44,514 nucleotides of DNA from Toensbergia leucococca (GCA_022813965.1 JALDZS010000189.1:1-44514), one strand, 5' to 3'. Shown: positions 33,320 through 44,514, numbered from the stretch's first letter. The notes: generated from the sequence alone by a model not told the origin. Numbers and translations: made by a program.

Positions 33320-34280
33320 TCATGTCATACCAACGCGAAAGACCAGCGGAGAATATCTAGCACCAAACATTCCAAAAAAAAAAGGGGGACTTGAAGCGAT
33401 TAGCATAACCTCGAGAAAATTCTCCAAAACGAAGGCCATACGAAAAAAATGTACAAACACAAACGACTCGAAAAAATTCCCTGCACACAATTCCCATCCC
33501 AACTTCCCCAAAAACCAAGAAAAAACCCCCACTTCCTTTCTCCTCCAAAAGCCATCCCTTCCCACACACAAAAAAAAAATAAAATCAAATCAAATCAAAA
33601 CCCCCAACAAGAAAAAAAAAGCAAACAACGACAAACATCCCCCCCTCCAAAAAGAAAAAACACACACACACCCTCTCTAATCACCACCTTCAATACCCAG
33701 CCCCAAACTCACCCAATCCTATCTATCCCCAACATCACACCCCCCCGCCCCCTAAAAAACAAAAAGAAGGCTTCTCCCCCAAAAAAAAAAAAAAAAGGGG
33801 TGCGCGCGCCCTCCCTCCACACTCTCCCCTCCACCCACGACCCCATTATCTCAGTTGCAAAAAGCCGCCCGCTACGAAGTAGGTAGCTGCGTGATACATA
33901 GCTAGCGTGGTGCGGTACCTTTTTTTTCCGCCCGGGGGGGGGCGAGCGGGGGCAAGCTACGAGGACGGTATTTGTTTTGGAGAAGAGATTTTCCCCGGCC
34001 CGGGGGGGGGGGGGTTGGGGTTGAGGGATCTGGGTGGGAATTGTGTAATTGTGAGAGAACTTGTGAATTTGTGGACTTTTGCGTTAGATTTATGTTTTGT
34101 TTTGGTTTGGGTTGTGCAAAATTTGCAAAAAAAGATTTGAGCAAGAAGAAATATGAAATGGGCACATTCGGAATCTTGGATTTTGTGCCGTTTTTTGGGG
34201 GAGTGTTGGTTTTTCTTAATCTGAAGTGTGTGTGTGTGTGTGGTATCTATCTTTCTATCAATCAATCAATCCATCATCGC
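33320..34280. repeat. Low-complexity island between convergent ADE1 and KAP123: A/C-rich to about 33880, then G/T-rich with long G runs, (TG)n near 34226-34242 and (ATCA)n near 34257-34270
   Basis: Directly visible composition, homopolymers and microsatellites. Confidence 0.85.
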
Positions 34281-34514
34281 TAGCCCCGGTTCGCAGTGAG
34301 CCAAGGGAGCAAAAGGCTTCTCTATCCCGAGGCCCCGTTTTCCTTACAAGAGCAGCAAAGACCATGTGTGTATGAAAGTAACCCCGCGCCATGCTTGAGC
34401 ATCGATCGTTGCCAGTCATATCCTCATGCCCATTCATGCCATAAAAATCATGACCGTATCCATCCCCCCCTGATTCGCCAAAAGCTATGCACCCCCAAAC
34501 CCCTAGTGCAACAA

Positions 34515-37500
34515 CTACTGCCCGACTACAGCCGCTAGAGCCGGATACCCACCCACCAACGCCGGCTGCTTGGAATGCAAGAACCGAACCAACTGCATCA
34601 CGTGCTCACGTGTCTGGTTCTGGAGTTGGTCTTCTGGGGGAGCGAGAACGTGGGCGAGGGTGGGGAGGAGTTTGCGGGTTAGAGAGATGATTGTGGGGTT
34701 ACTTGCAGCGTCTGTGTTTGGGGTATTAGTGGATGCGAGAGGAAAGTGGAGAAGGAGGGATTAGGCTTATCGCTTACAGAGTTTAACAACCATATTGAAG
34801 ACAGGTGCGTTCTCCTCAAAGTCCTCTTTTAGCGGCAGAAGCTCGACCAAAGCAGGTAGCACGGCTGAGATGGGCACGTGATCGGGGTGCTTCGATATCA
34901 TCCGACTGACACAACCAGCGGCGTTGTCTACAGCTCTTGCTTTTTGAGTCTGCAACAGCGGCTCCAACTTAGCCATGATGGAATTGTAGGATTTCAGAAT
35001 CTCCTGGTCATTTGTCGAGTTTTCCACTAGCAGACCAATTGCGTATGCGGCGTTGGACTTGGTTTCTATATCTTCGTCGCTCATGCGATGAAGAAGCACC
35101 TTGAGCAGCCCCGATGTGTAAGGTGTTATGGCACTTCCCATGGCGCGGATGCACTCAGCAATCACGCCAACCGATGTACTTCGTTCAATAGATTCGCTGC
35201 TGCTGGCATATTTGAGAATGGACTTCTCGAAGACTTTCCACAACTCGCCGAAAGTCTCGCCCAGAGCGACTGCTAGGCCAATAACAGCATCGAGCGCCGT
35301 CTCAATGATAAGCCAATCGAATTCTGAAGATTCGTCTAGATTCTCAAAGTCCTCTTCATCACCAAAGTCTTGCTGACAAGGATGCTTCTTTGTGGTCATG
35401 CCAACAAGAAGCTCGACGACGGATTTCAGATGGGATTCATCTGATATTAACCCCGGGCCACAAAGCCTCAAGGTGGCGGCCACGTTGCGATTGATATCTG
35501 TGACAGTCTCTCTGCATATGTTAAATCAGCGTTCAGCCTCACTTTGAACCGTATGGACAAGTAGTAAAGATGAAAGTACATCAGGAACAGATTCGTTTTC
35601 TCGTCAATCGTACTTGGTACGTCTGAGTGAGCTGGGATTAACGACAAGTGTGTCATCATATGTAGAGGAAGGTACGGAATATGCATAAAATCTTACTCCT
35701 ATTGGAATAAACATACCTGTCCTGTTCTTCTTGCCATATAGCCAACGTAGACGTCATTATTATCTCTGCAAGCCTCGCAAGCTCATCCGTTGACTGAACT
35801 TGCAATGGCAAACCTGCCTTCCACTTTTCCGTCTGTTCGTCTTGGATACCCCATACTGCGGCATAGGCACGAAATAGAGTGGCTATTGCAGTTCTCCGCG
35901 TTCCTTCGTACGGATGTGCAACAAGAGGTAGGACGACTTCGATAGTCTTCTCCAAGTAGGGTAGGTACTCCTTTTTTGTATGCGTCATGATATCTCCCAC
36001 CACTTCCACAGCTATCTCCTTTTCTAATGCTACGGCAGTCACGGCAGTGAAATCATCCCATTCATCATCGTCGTCGTCTTCATCAGCCATGTCATCACTG
36101 TCGTCTTCCATGTCTAGCTCCTCATTGGTAGCCGACGCAACTCTCACTTTTGTGCCTGCGATCGTGACTTCCTGGCCCACGAGATCTTTAGCTTCTTGGC
36201 CTAGCTCAACTTCCAAATCCGTCTCTTCCTGATCAAGACTATTGAACAGTGCCTTCAACACGCCTTCAAGGTAAGGCTTGAAATTGCTTTCGTAAACTTT
36301 GGCCATAGCACTCCAGAAAATGTAACTCGTTTCCCTCAATCTAGAATGTCCGAGGCGCATTCCCTCCTCAGTAGCTTCCATTAAAGGCCGTACATAAGGC
36401 TTAAATGGTTCTGCACCTACCGCCATGGCCATGTTTCCCATGGCGTCACATGTTGCACATCGTAAATTAAGATCTTCTTCGCTGTCTTTGAGACGCACAA
36501 ATTCAGATAATGAATTCATTGTTTGCTCAAAATATGGTAGGAAGGCATCCTTTGCGCTTACTGCAATAGAACCCATCGCACCAATGGCCGCAGCCTTGGT
36601 CTTCACGTCTGGATGCGAGAACAGACGACCAAGCCGAGGAACGAGATCGGGGAGGTATTGCGTGACATCCTCGGGTTCAAAGCCTTCAACGAGAGAGTCG
36701 ATGGCATTGCAGGTAGCTTTTATGCTTTCCATGCGCATGTCATTGTCCTGACCACCCGAGGGGCTCATAGCAAAATCCAGGCACTTCATCACAGCAGGGA
36801 TGAGTGTTTTGTGCTCCTTTCCCATGTCATCTGCCAGATCATCTGCGAGTTTTCCAACTGCTCTTAGGGTGGCCTGACGGACCACGACTTCAGGATCATC
36901 AAGTAATATATATATGAGTCGAAGTATATCTTGTAATTGTGTCGCCACAAAGTCAGGCGCACCCTCAACACACATACCCAAAGCCGTGATCCCTGCTCGT
37001 CTCCGTTGAGGATCATGGCTATGTACATACGGCCCGAGTGCATGTAGAAGAGGAACAACAACTTGACTCGCTGGTAGACTTGAAGCCAGTGTGTCAAGCA
37101 GTGCCAAAGCCGATTGAGCAGGGGTCAGTTCATTATCATCAATCGAAGCGTTTCCCAGCTCCGTCACAATCTCCAAACATTTCAAGGTAATCTGTTCTCC
37201 AACTTTCATACCCTGCATCTTCATTTTCCGATACCTGACACACTGTATCAAAAAGCTCAAGGCTTGTGTTCTAGACTCGTCGTTAATTCTCTTCTCCCCA
37301 GCTATGCTGGTCACGAGCTGTACAAGCTCCGGGAAGGACTTATTTAACAAACGCGAGTCACAGCCAAGAAGGGTTTGAAGAACCTCGAAGGCTTGCGTCA
37401 CCCGGTCTTCGTCTTGTGTGTCGACGGCATCAACTAATACTGCATACATGGGTTTTGTTAGCTGCTGGAATACTTCCAGCGATTCGTTGTCATTATCCGC

Positions 37501-38079
37501 ATCAAGGGCCATAGCCATCTTGCTCAAGGCCAACATAGTGTTAATCCTTAGCTCTTTGTCCTTGGCATTTATAGTTCTACCAAAGACTTTGAGAAGTTCA
37601 GAGAATTTGTGCATAAAAAGATCTCCACTAGTGTCGAGAAGTGCGAAGAGTATGTAGACGGCAACATTTTTCTGTACAGGTTTGGCGTTTGCAGCTGCAT
37701 TTGACAGCAGATCTATCAAGTCGAGCCATTCTCCGTCTTGGAAGTCTATCTTTGCTATTGCAGATATCACCCGTGCAGAGGCGTGTCTGACGACAGCATC
37801 ATTCTCGTTGAGAGTGTCTTGAAGTAATTTGTGATGGAGTTGTGCTCTTTGATCAGCGGTGAATTTTTTCCAGTGCTTGGGAACCAGCGACCTCGCTTGG
37901 GTGCCTGCCAGCTGCCTTATATTGGATGACTCTCCAGAAAGAAGAAGCTGCAGTAACAGGACGAGAGAGTCGGGCGAAGGATAGTAGTTGGATCGTAGCT
38001 CTGCGGTGGCAGCCTTTACGCGCTCGGTGTTGGGTGCTAGGATTTCCTGTAGGAGTCGAAAGAATTTTTGACTGTCCAT
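34515..38079 (-). CDS. KAP123: Importin beta-4 / karyopherin Kap123. Exons 38079-35717, 35511-34778, 34711-34515
   Basis: IBN_N start (PNTERVKAATAEL, IRQLA), HEAT repeats, CVEGAPDF, acidic loop DDDDEWDD..AVTAVALEKEIA, KKHPCQQDF, SNAAYAIG and DNAAGCVSRMI, LPLKEDFEEN. Introns 35716-35512 and 34777-34712. Confidence 0.95.
35577..35664 (-). ncRNA. Intronic box C/D snoRNA, predicted guide for LSU rRNA 2'-O-methylation at the A2946-equivalent (snR71/U29-like)
   Basis: The minus strand reads TACA-T-ATGATGA(C)-cacacttgtcgt-TAATCCCAGCTCAC-t-CAGA(D')-CGTACcaaGTACG-a-TTGACGA(C')-gaaaacgaatctgttc-CTGA(D)-TGTA. It has a terminal TACA/TGTA stem, and the guide is 13/14 complementary to the conserved LSU sequence GTGAGCTGGGTTTA. 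Confidence 0.88.
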
Positions 38080-39296
38080 GATGAGCAAATGTGAGAAGTG
38101 TCTCAGGCGTACTCCGTAGCGATTTCGGTCAACGAGGTATCAAAGAGGTGTGAAAGATGATTGACATTTTGTACGAGGCTTGCGAAAGATGTTTTTCATC
38201 TCAGATGGAGCATGGAAGATTTGTGTATAGGCTTTAAGCCTGAGAAATTTCAAAGTTAGCTTAAGCCTTTCGACATGTAAGCTTAACCTTAGTGGGTTGA
38301 CTAGATCATTGCTTACGGAGTAGCGTGTATCAAAATATCTAGACTTTTTAGCAGTCACATGTCGACCGTACCACACGAGGACATTCCCCATAACATCTGA
38401 CCTGATCGAGACATTCAAAACAACATCAGCACCTCATTCTTTTCAAGCAAAGCCAATTTTTTTAACCAAAATACCTAATAGTGCTCCTATGCTAGTTTTT
38501 GACATCTGCTTCAGCTCTTGGACTCATTCGCGCCATTCCTCGACCTTGTCATAGTCCAAAAACAAAAACGAGGATGAATCTTCTCGGCAAGATCTGCAGT
38601 GCCAATCTCAGCAAGGCACATAAGAATCATGTCAATTGCAAGAACCATGTAGAGGCCGTTGGGCCTGGCAACTTCCTCATCCTCGAACGTCTTGAGATCG
38701 CTGCTAAGAGCTTTGACAGCCTTGGAAACACTCGCACTGGACGTGTATTCGGCGCTGCCGCCACATGTCTGGATAGTCAGACTTAAGCAGGCCTGCTATG
38801 AAGCCTGTTTTAAAAAAGTCCCTCGGCCATGAATTGGCGCTGAGGGGATTATTTGATGATTCAATGACATCGAGGAAGTAAACAAAGCATCCCTGTGAAT
38901 TGCTCGTAGCTCAGGCATTCTCTAGGTTTAATTGAAGCATACTTCACTTGAGGTGAATGACATGCCGTTTACATATCTCACTACTCCGTATCCAAGCGGA
39001 ATTTTTTTTCCATCATCTCAACGACTACTCAAGAGCAAATATATCAAATATGTCCTAGTCTTTGTCTTCTTCTCCACCCTAGTCCTGCACATAGCTGAGG
39101 ACCTAGGTGTCCTGCCCCTCGAAAACCCGCGCCTGTTGCCCTTCATTACTTAGCAATAACACCCCTTCCTTCCCAAAAGAGTGGGAATATGAATTGCAAA
39201 ATCGCTAATATCTCCTGTCATATTCCCTCAATTGAACGTCCCGTCCAGATAATGCTTCCTCTTTCCTGTACAAGCTTCGACGCTTTTCAACGTTCA

Positions 39297-41340
39297 CTAG
39301 CGAAACATGTTGAGGAAGTCATTTGGGCTTTCCCGTACAGGGCCCAAAATATCATCGATGTCTCGCTTATCAACGACCGCTCCACTTCCAGAACATTTAG
39401 CTTTAGATTTCAATTGCGAGCATAGATTATCCATGTCGATTTCGCCAGATTGCACTCTCTCCGAGCTTTGTACACGGTCCCTGTTGCACAGAAAAGGGAA
39501 AAGTCAGCCAAAATTGTAGACATAGATGTGAAGACAAGACTAACCACAATTTATCACATGTGACATACTGCCTAGGATTGGCTGGGCCAACACCGTCATA
39601 AGTTCCGCTCTGTTGCTCCTCAATCTCCTTGATGATGTCCCGCTTCGGCGCCGGAGGTGCTGTATCACCATTGCTGAATGGACTACTTAAATCCGAAATT
39701 GGAAAGGCATCACTAAAGAAGTCGTTGAAATTGTTTTGTAAGATGCTATCCTGAGGATCTCGGTAGTCGCCGAAGAGTACTGGGTCGAATTGGCCACCAT
39801 TCTGTTGAGCCATCCAGTCGATCCCATTAATGTCACTAGCAGGAGTCTTTGGCAAATAAAATGGGACTGAAGCCACGTTAGCTGAGTTCATGTTATGGCG
39901 AGCCTCATCGAGCTATTCATGGGTGGTGTTCTCACCATCCGACTTGTTTTGTATACCAGCTTCTTCATTGATTGTATGTAGTACAACATCACTTGCCATG
40001 CGGTTCTTGGGTGATTCCGCAGATGGCTCAGGCGTGGTGCCACAGGATGAAGGGGTACCGTTTTGCGAAACAGATGAAGCGGAAGGGGACGCAGTCATAG
40101 ATGTGGATGATCCACCGTTGAAACTAGAGATGTGACTTTGCCCACTAGAGCTGTCGGTGCTGCCATATTTATTGATATTGTTGCCTTTGCCGTTGTCATA
40201 AGACATATAATCCGTGGAATCGCTTCGACTAGCATTTCGAAGAATCGAGGGACTAAAAAGCCCATTCAGGTCTTCTATTCCGTTGCCGTTGAGTCCGGTG
40301 TCGGGGCTTTGATATGTCCCGAAATCAGTTGAAGGCAGAATTGAGTTCCAGCTTTGGTCGGGGGATGTAAAGGCTTTATTTGAACCAACAGAACTCGTTC
40401 TAATAGTCCCAACGTTGCTGGAGAGAGCCGCTCCCCCTGCCGTGATGGGACTTGTACGTGAAGGACTGACTCTAGTGACAGGACTGTTATGTAGATCGCC
40501 GAACTTGGGAAAGGCAAATTGAAAGTCATTGTTGTTGAAATTAGTGTTTGATTGAGATGAGACTGTGGGACCGGGTGGAGGTGATCGGCCGGCTGCACTG
40601 GTATTTAAAACCATCCTCTTCCGATACTCCTTTAATGCAGTAGCTAGGCGATCCACCTGAGCTCGTAAAAGCCCGTTTTCGTGGTTCGCAGACTCAGAAG
40701 CCTTCTCAAGATCTTCAACTTTGATCTCAAGCTCTTTTAGATGCCGCTCTTTTCGCTCACGGAAAGCTCGCTGGGCGGCGCGATTTTGAGCTTTACGTTT
40801 CTAAGCATCAAATTGTATCAGTATCTTTCATAACCGTTCTGTTGATGAACATACCGTAGTTGGTTCTGAAGTCAATGGCTTACGACCAGGTTTCTTCATA
40901 GTCTTATCACCACCTTCCCGTCGCTTACCTCCACCATCCTCCTCATCATCTTCTTCTTCATCATCATCAGGACTTTTTCTTTTCTCGTGGGTCTCGCCGT
41001 TCTCCTCATTCGGGAAGCCTGGCATTTGGCCGATCAGTTGATCACCGCTATTATCCCAATCAAAATTCCCGTCATCAAGTTCGTAATCGAGAAATGGACT
41101 CTCGTCAAAGCCGGCGTTGCGGAATGGTGGAAGGTCATGGTTCTGTTGCGTAGTTAACTCATGATTGTCACCAAGTTGCTGGATCCGCTGGGAAGAAGCT
41201 TCAAGTCCCGTTGGAGATGACCTCTTTCGCGAGGTAGCTGGTTTGTTGGAAGACAAAGCAGTGAGGAGAAGATCCTGCTGTCCTGGTGTCAGGGACAGAT
41301 CAGGATTGAACACTGCACTGCTCGCCGATGAATTCGCCAT
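39297..41340 (-). CDS. YAP1: AP-1-like redox-regulated bZIP transcription factor (Yap1/Pap1/NapA). Exons 41340-40855, 40800-39936, 39881-39545, 39480-39297
   Basis: KKPGRKPLTSEPTT|KRKAQNRAAQRAFRERKE.HLKELE.KV, FQFAFPKFG, GIDWMAQQNGGQFDPVLFGDYRDPQ and the c-CRD TCDKLWDR...DMDNLCSQLKSKAKCSGSG. Confidence 0.96.
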
Positions 41341-42125
41341 AGTTGTGGGAAGAATGGTAGATCAGACGATTCGGAACGCAGCTTTCAAAGTCGGTCTTAA
41401 AAGAACGTCGATGGCGAAAAGCGCAGGCAGAGGTGGAGATAGTCTCTCAATGCAAGAATGCTTATTAATACTGGCTAACAAGAGTGACCCCACTTGCACG
41501 TGAAGCAGCTTCGACTTCGAGCGAACAATGGTGTTTTGCGACTTCAAAGGCCAGTTGAAGTTAACGAGATATTCCAGTGGCAATAAAAATGAGATTTTCG
41601 TACTCGCAGTGTTGTTACAGACAGACGAGATGACAGAAAACCTAAGGGTTCAGGCAGAAGGATGACGAGTAGTAGGATATGACTAGATGTGCAAGGAACG
41701 AATCCTTATTCTAGGTAGCACGGGTAGGTACTCTGTATCCCAAGAGCATCTAGACCCTGACTAATGACGTGTGACCAGAAATGCGACAGAGAAGTCAGTA
41801 GATGAACAGGACGAACACAAGGGGATGTGGAGTCAGAAGCTACCTTACTGCTCGTACCATTCTTCTATCTTGCCTACCCCTCGTCATACTTCCTAAATTC
41901 TCACCCACATTCTACGACTTACAAATCCACCTTCCATCCCGCTAGACTTAAAGTAGTTAGTCATGTCTTGGCAATCGAGTGCTCCTCCAAAGCCCCAACG
42001 TCAAATTGTCCACCCACCTGCCAGTATATCCCCACTTTTAACCCTTACCAAAGGTACCCGCAGTCTCATCGTAGCTTACTGTCACTCTTTAGCCTTTACC
42101 AGTCATTCCTTTTATACACTGCACC

Positions 42126-43140
42126 ATGAGTAACGATTTAGCAAGTTTGCAAGATGAGATAAGGGAATTTAAATTACAGGTATTCTTCTCATAGAAAAGC
42201 AGCATGCGCAGAAAAACCACTAATTCATCGGTCAACAGCTAGAAGCAGTGCAATCGGGTCTCCAAGCAGACCCTGAGAATGCCGAGCTACAAAAGCTTAA
42301 GGCTGAGCTTGAAGAAGTCATTACCCTCACCGACGTCGCAATCGCAGAGCTAAAGCCAGCATCAGCATCAGCACCCGCTAAGAAGCCGTCACCCCCTCCG
42401 GTGAAGGAGAAATGGTCCAAGGAGAATCATCCCGCCTTTCAAGCTGGTTACCGTAAGCCAACTGCACCTCAAAGCCCTGTTGAGGAAGTCCAAACACCTA
42501 CTACATTTTCTGTCAACGACAACGTTTTAGCCAAATGGGTTTCTGGAGACAAATCTTTCTACCCAGCAAGGATAACATCCATCACCGGGTCGTCTAGCAA
42601 ACCTGTTTACATCGTCACCTTCAAGTCATACGCCACGACCGAGACCCTTTCGGCCTATGATATAAAACCAATAGCAAGCGATTCGAGAAAACGGAAGGCT
42701 GATGGCACACCAGGGACGCCATCAACACCGACTATGCCATTGAATTCGAACGTGATATCGGCAGCTGCTGACATTAATCCGGCGCTTGCAAGTCAGGCGA
42801 AGAAAGAGCCTAGTAAAGTCAGTGACGGGCCGGTGAGACCACCAAAAGTACCCAGAAAAGTAAAGGCAAACAAGGAGCTAGAAGCAGGAAAAAACAAGTG
42901 GCAAGACTTTTCGGTTCGAGGGAAATCAGGGAAGACAGCCAAAAAGGAGAGCATGTTTAGGACACCTGATGGTGTGAATGCTAGAGGCAAGCAACTCTGT
43001 ATCATATCGCTTTTTCGATGAGTTGGATGACTAACTCTCAAACAGTTGGTTTTACGGGATCGGGACAATCGATGCGGAAAGACCCTACTCGTAGCCGACA
43101 CATCTACCAGCAAGGCGCGGAGGATGAAGGCACAGTTTGA
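42126..43140 (+). CDS. SPF30: Tudor-domain splicing factor SPF30/SMNDC1. Exons 42126-42179, 42239-42986, 43046-43140
   Basis: EFKLQ|LEAV..GLQADPENAELQKLK.EL.EVI.L, Tudor-like AKWVSGD..FYPARI.SITG, K.KWQ.F and KKESMFRTPDG...R|VGFTGSGQ.MRKD..RSRH. The second intron is GC-AG. Confidence 0.93.
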
Positions 43141-43184
43141 TGGCAAGATGTATCGAGGATAGATTGGATGTGGGGACTTTGCTG

Positions 43185-43794
43185 TCATGAAGGCTTGCTC
43201 TGAGATATTACCTGTACAAATTTGCTCACGTGCTGACTGCATCCCACTCGGAGGTACCAGCAGCATAAAGGCAGAAGCATCATCACGAAAGGCATAGACG
43301 TTTTTGGAAAACTGGCCATAGACGGTTTCGGTTTGACTTGACTCTTCAATTGTGTGCAGGCTAATGTGGCCATGGATTCTAGGGTTCCATGAGCGGATTG
43401 CTCCCTACAGCTCTCTAGGCTGGAATGGTAAGTCCTAGGACACCAACGTCATTTTTCTTAATTGTGAAAATTCTTGATACACTTGCTACTCACCAGATCA
43501 CCGCGTTAAGCTCTTTGGGGCAGGCAAGGTAATTCTTCGGTTTTGATTTATACTTTGTATTGACCTAAATAATATAACTCTTCATCAAGCATATCATTCA
43601 CATACGTTAATAGTGACTGTGAGATTATTCAGCCGATGTTGGCATTCCGTTTCATCGCTACCAGCGAAAACACGTCTGGTTTGAAAGCATGATGTTTTCA
43701 TGTCATACCAAAAAAATTCCAAAAAGCCTTCAGTCTCCGTCGATGTACCAAGCCAAACAACCTCCAATTTCAAAGAGTGACCGATTCGATCTTC
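43185..43794 (-). CDS. Possible 3' exons of an unrecognised multi-exon gene running in from the right. Candidate exons 43794-43606, 43564-43494, 43434-43185
   Basis: Strong donors GTATGT (43605) and GTGAGT (43493) with TAG acceptors join three stop-free segments into one frame of about 170 codons (EDRIGHSLKLEVVWLG...TIN|VNTKYKSKPKNYLACPKELNAVIW|TYHSS...SKPS*). No family was recognised and one intron is only 41 nt. Confidence 0.3.
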
Positions 43795-44514
43795 CTATCA
43801 TACAATCACAGCCTGTTCAAGAGTGGAAACCCTTCCGCCTTCAAACACCCCTAAAATCCCCCTATTTCGACTCAGCATACCCCCCGCCAGGAGTTCACAT
43901 TGTCAATGCCCCCCCCCCCCTTTTTTTTTTGGCCAGGATGCATTTGTAGTGGATTTTCAAGGTTATTTGATGCAATGGAAAGTTGAGACCTTGAGAATCT
44001 TAGTTGTGAGGGTTCTTACCTATCTATTAAGTGAGGGTTTTTATGAGTGAGGCAGTAAGTTTTCAAGACTGGTTACATGAGGGAGGAGCGTGGGGAATGC
44101 AGTACATACCTATTAAATGCGTAATCGGAGAATGCTCACCCCCACAAGTGCAGAATCCTCTTTTTTTTTCAAGCACAAATTAAGGTGTTGTTGTAGAGTA
44201 GATGAGATACTTGTAGTGTTTATTTTGTTATTCTCTGAAAGGGTTTAATTCAATGTTGTTGTTTTTTCATTTGAGCAGAGATATGTGATCATTTTATTGT
44301 CTGATTTTTGAAGAAAGTTTTGTGAGGTTCTAGAAGTAGGGGTTTTAAGAAAAGGATCATGAATGACGGGTCTCATCTCTGAAAACAGAGATCCTCCCAT
44401 TCCCGCCAGTCGTCCTACCCAAACATCTCCACCCTCAAACAAAACTCCGGCCCACTCCGCAGCCGCTCTTCCGCCCAAATTGACGTCGAGATCTGGTATC
44501 CGAAATGAATCATC

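Noticed and set aside
38490..38800. Short ORF and exon-like segments between the KAP123 start and the YAP1 end
   Set aside because: No family motif and no well-supported start or splice chain.
1..44514. Transposable elements, rRNA or tRNA genes
   Set aside because: No transposase, RT or integrase motifs, LTR/TIR pairs or rRNA/tRNA structures were seen by eye. Highly decayed relics cannot be excluded without a repeat library search.

Overview
Intron-rich genomic DNA of a filamentous ascomycete (Pezizomycotina-type gene content, introns mostly 45-75 nt). The genus cannot be fixed from the sequence alone. Splicing the sequence by hand gives about 17 protein genes: a 5'-truncated aspartic protease, an S10 carboxypeptidase, two SDRs, a small secreted Cys-rich precursor, a small Zn-ribbon ORF, an F-box protein, a LAMTOR1/Meh1-like anchor that the ORF track mostly misses, a secreted Ser/Thr-rich PAN/apple protein, a PTH11-like receptor, a methyltransferase, a hotdog thioesterase, a P450, ADE1, KAP123, YAP1 and SPF30. 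There is also a clear amino-acid permease pseudogene, a probable HET-like remnant and one tentative unknown gene at the right end. Most notable hidden features: (1) a box C/D snoRNA in the long KAP123 intron whose guide matches the LSU rRNA site Am2946 (snR71/U29-like); (2) a tandem array of symmetric 42-45 nt micro-exons, with an exact 100-bp exon+intron period over the first three units, each opening with an N-glycosylation sequon; (3) a group of tailoring enzymes with no backbone synthase; (4) a YAP1 whose n-CRD region appears replaced by a stop-containing intron; (5) GC-AG and weak-donor introns; (6) intergenic low-complexity islands with a sharp strand-skew switch. All exon models are manual and unverified by transcripts.
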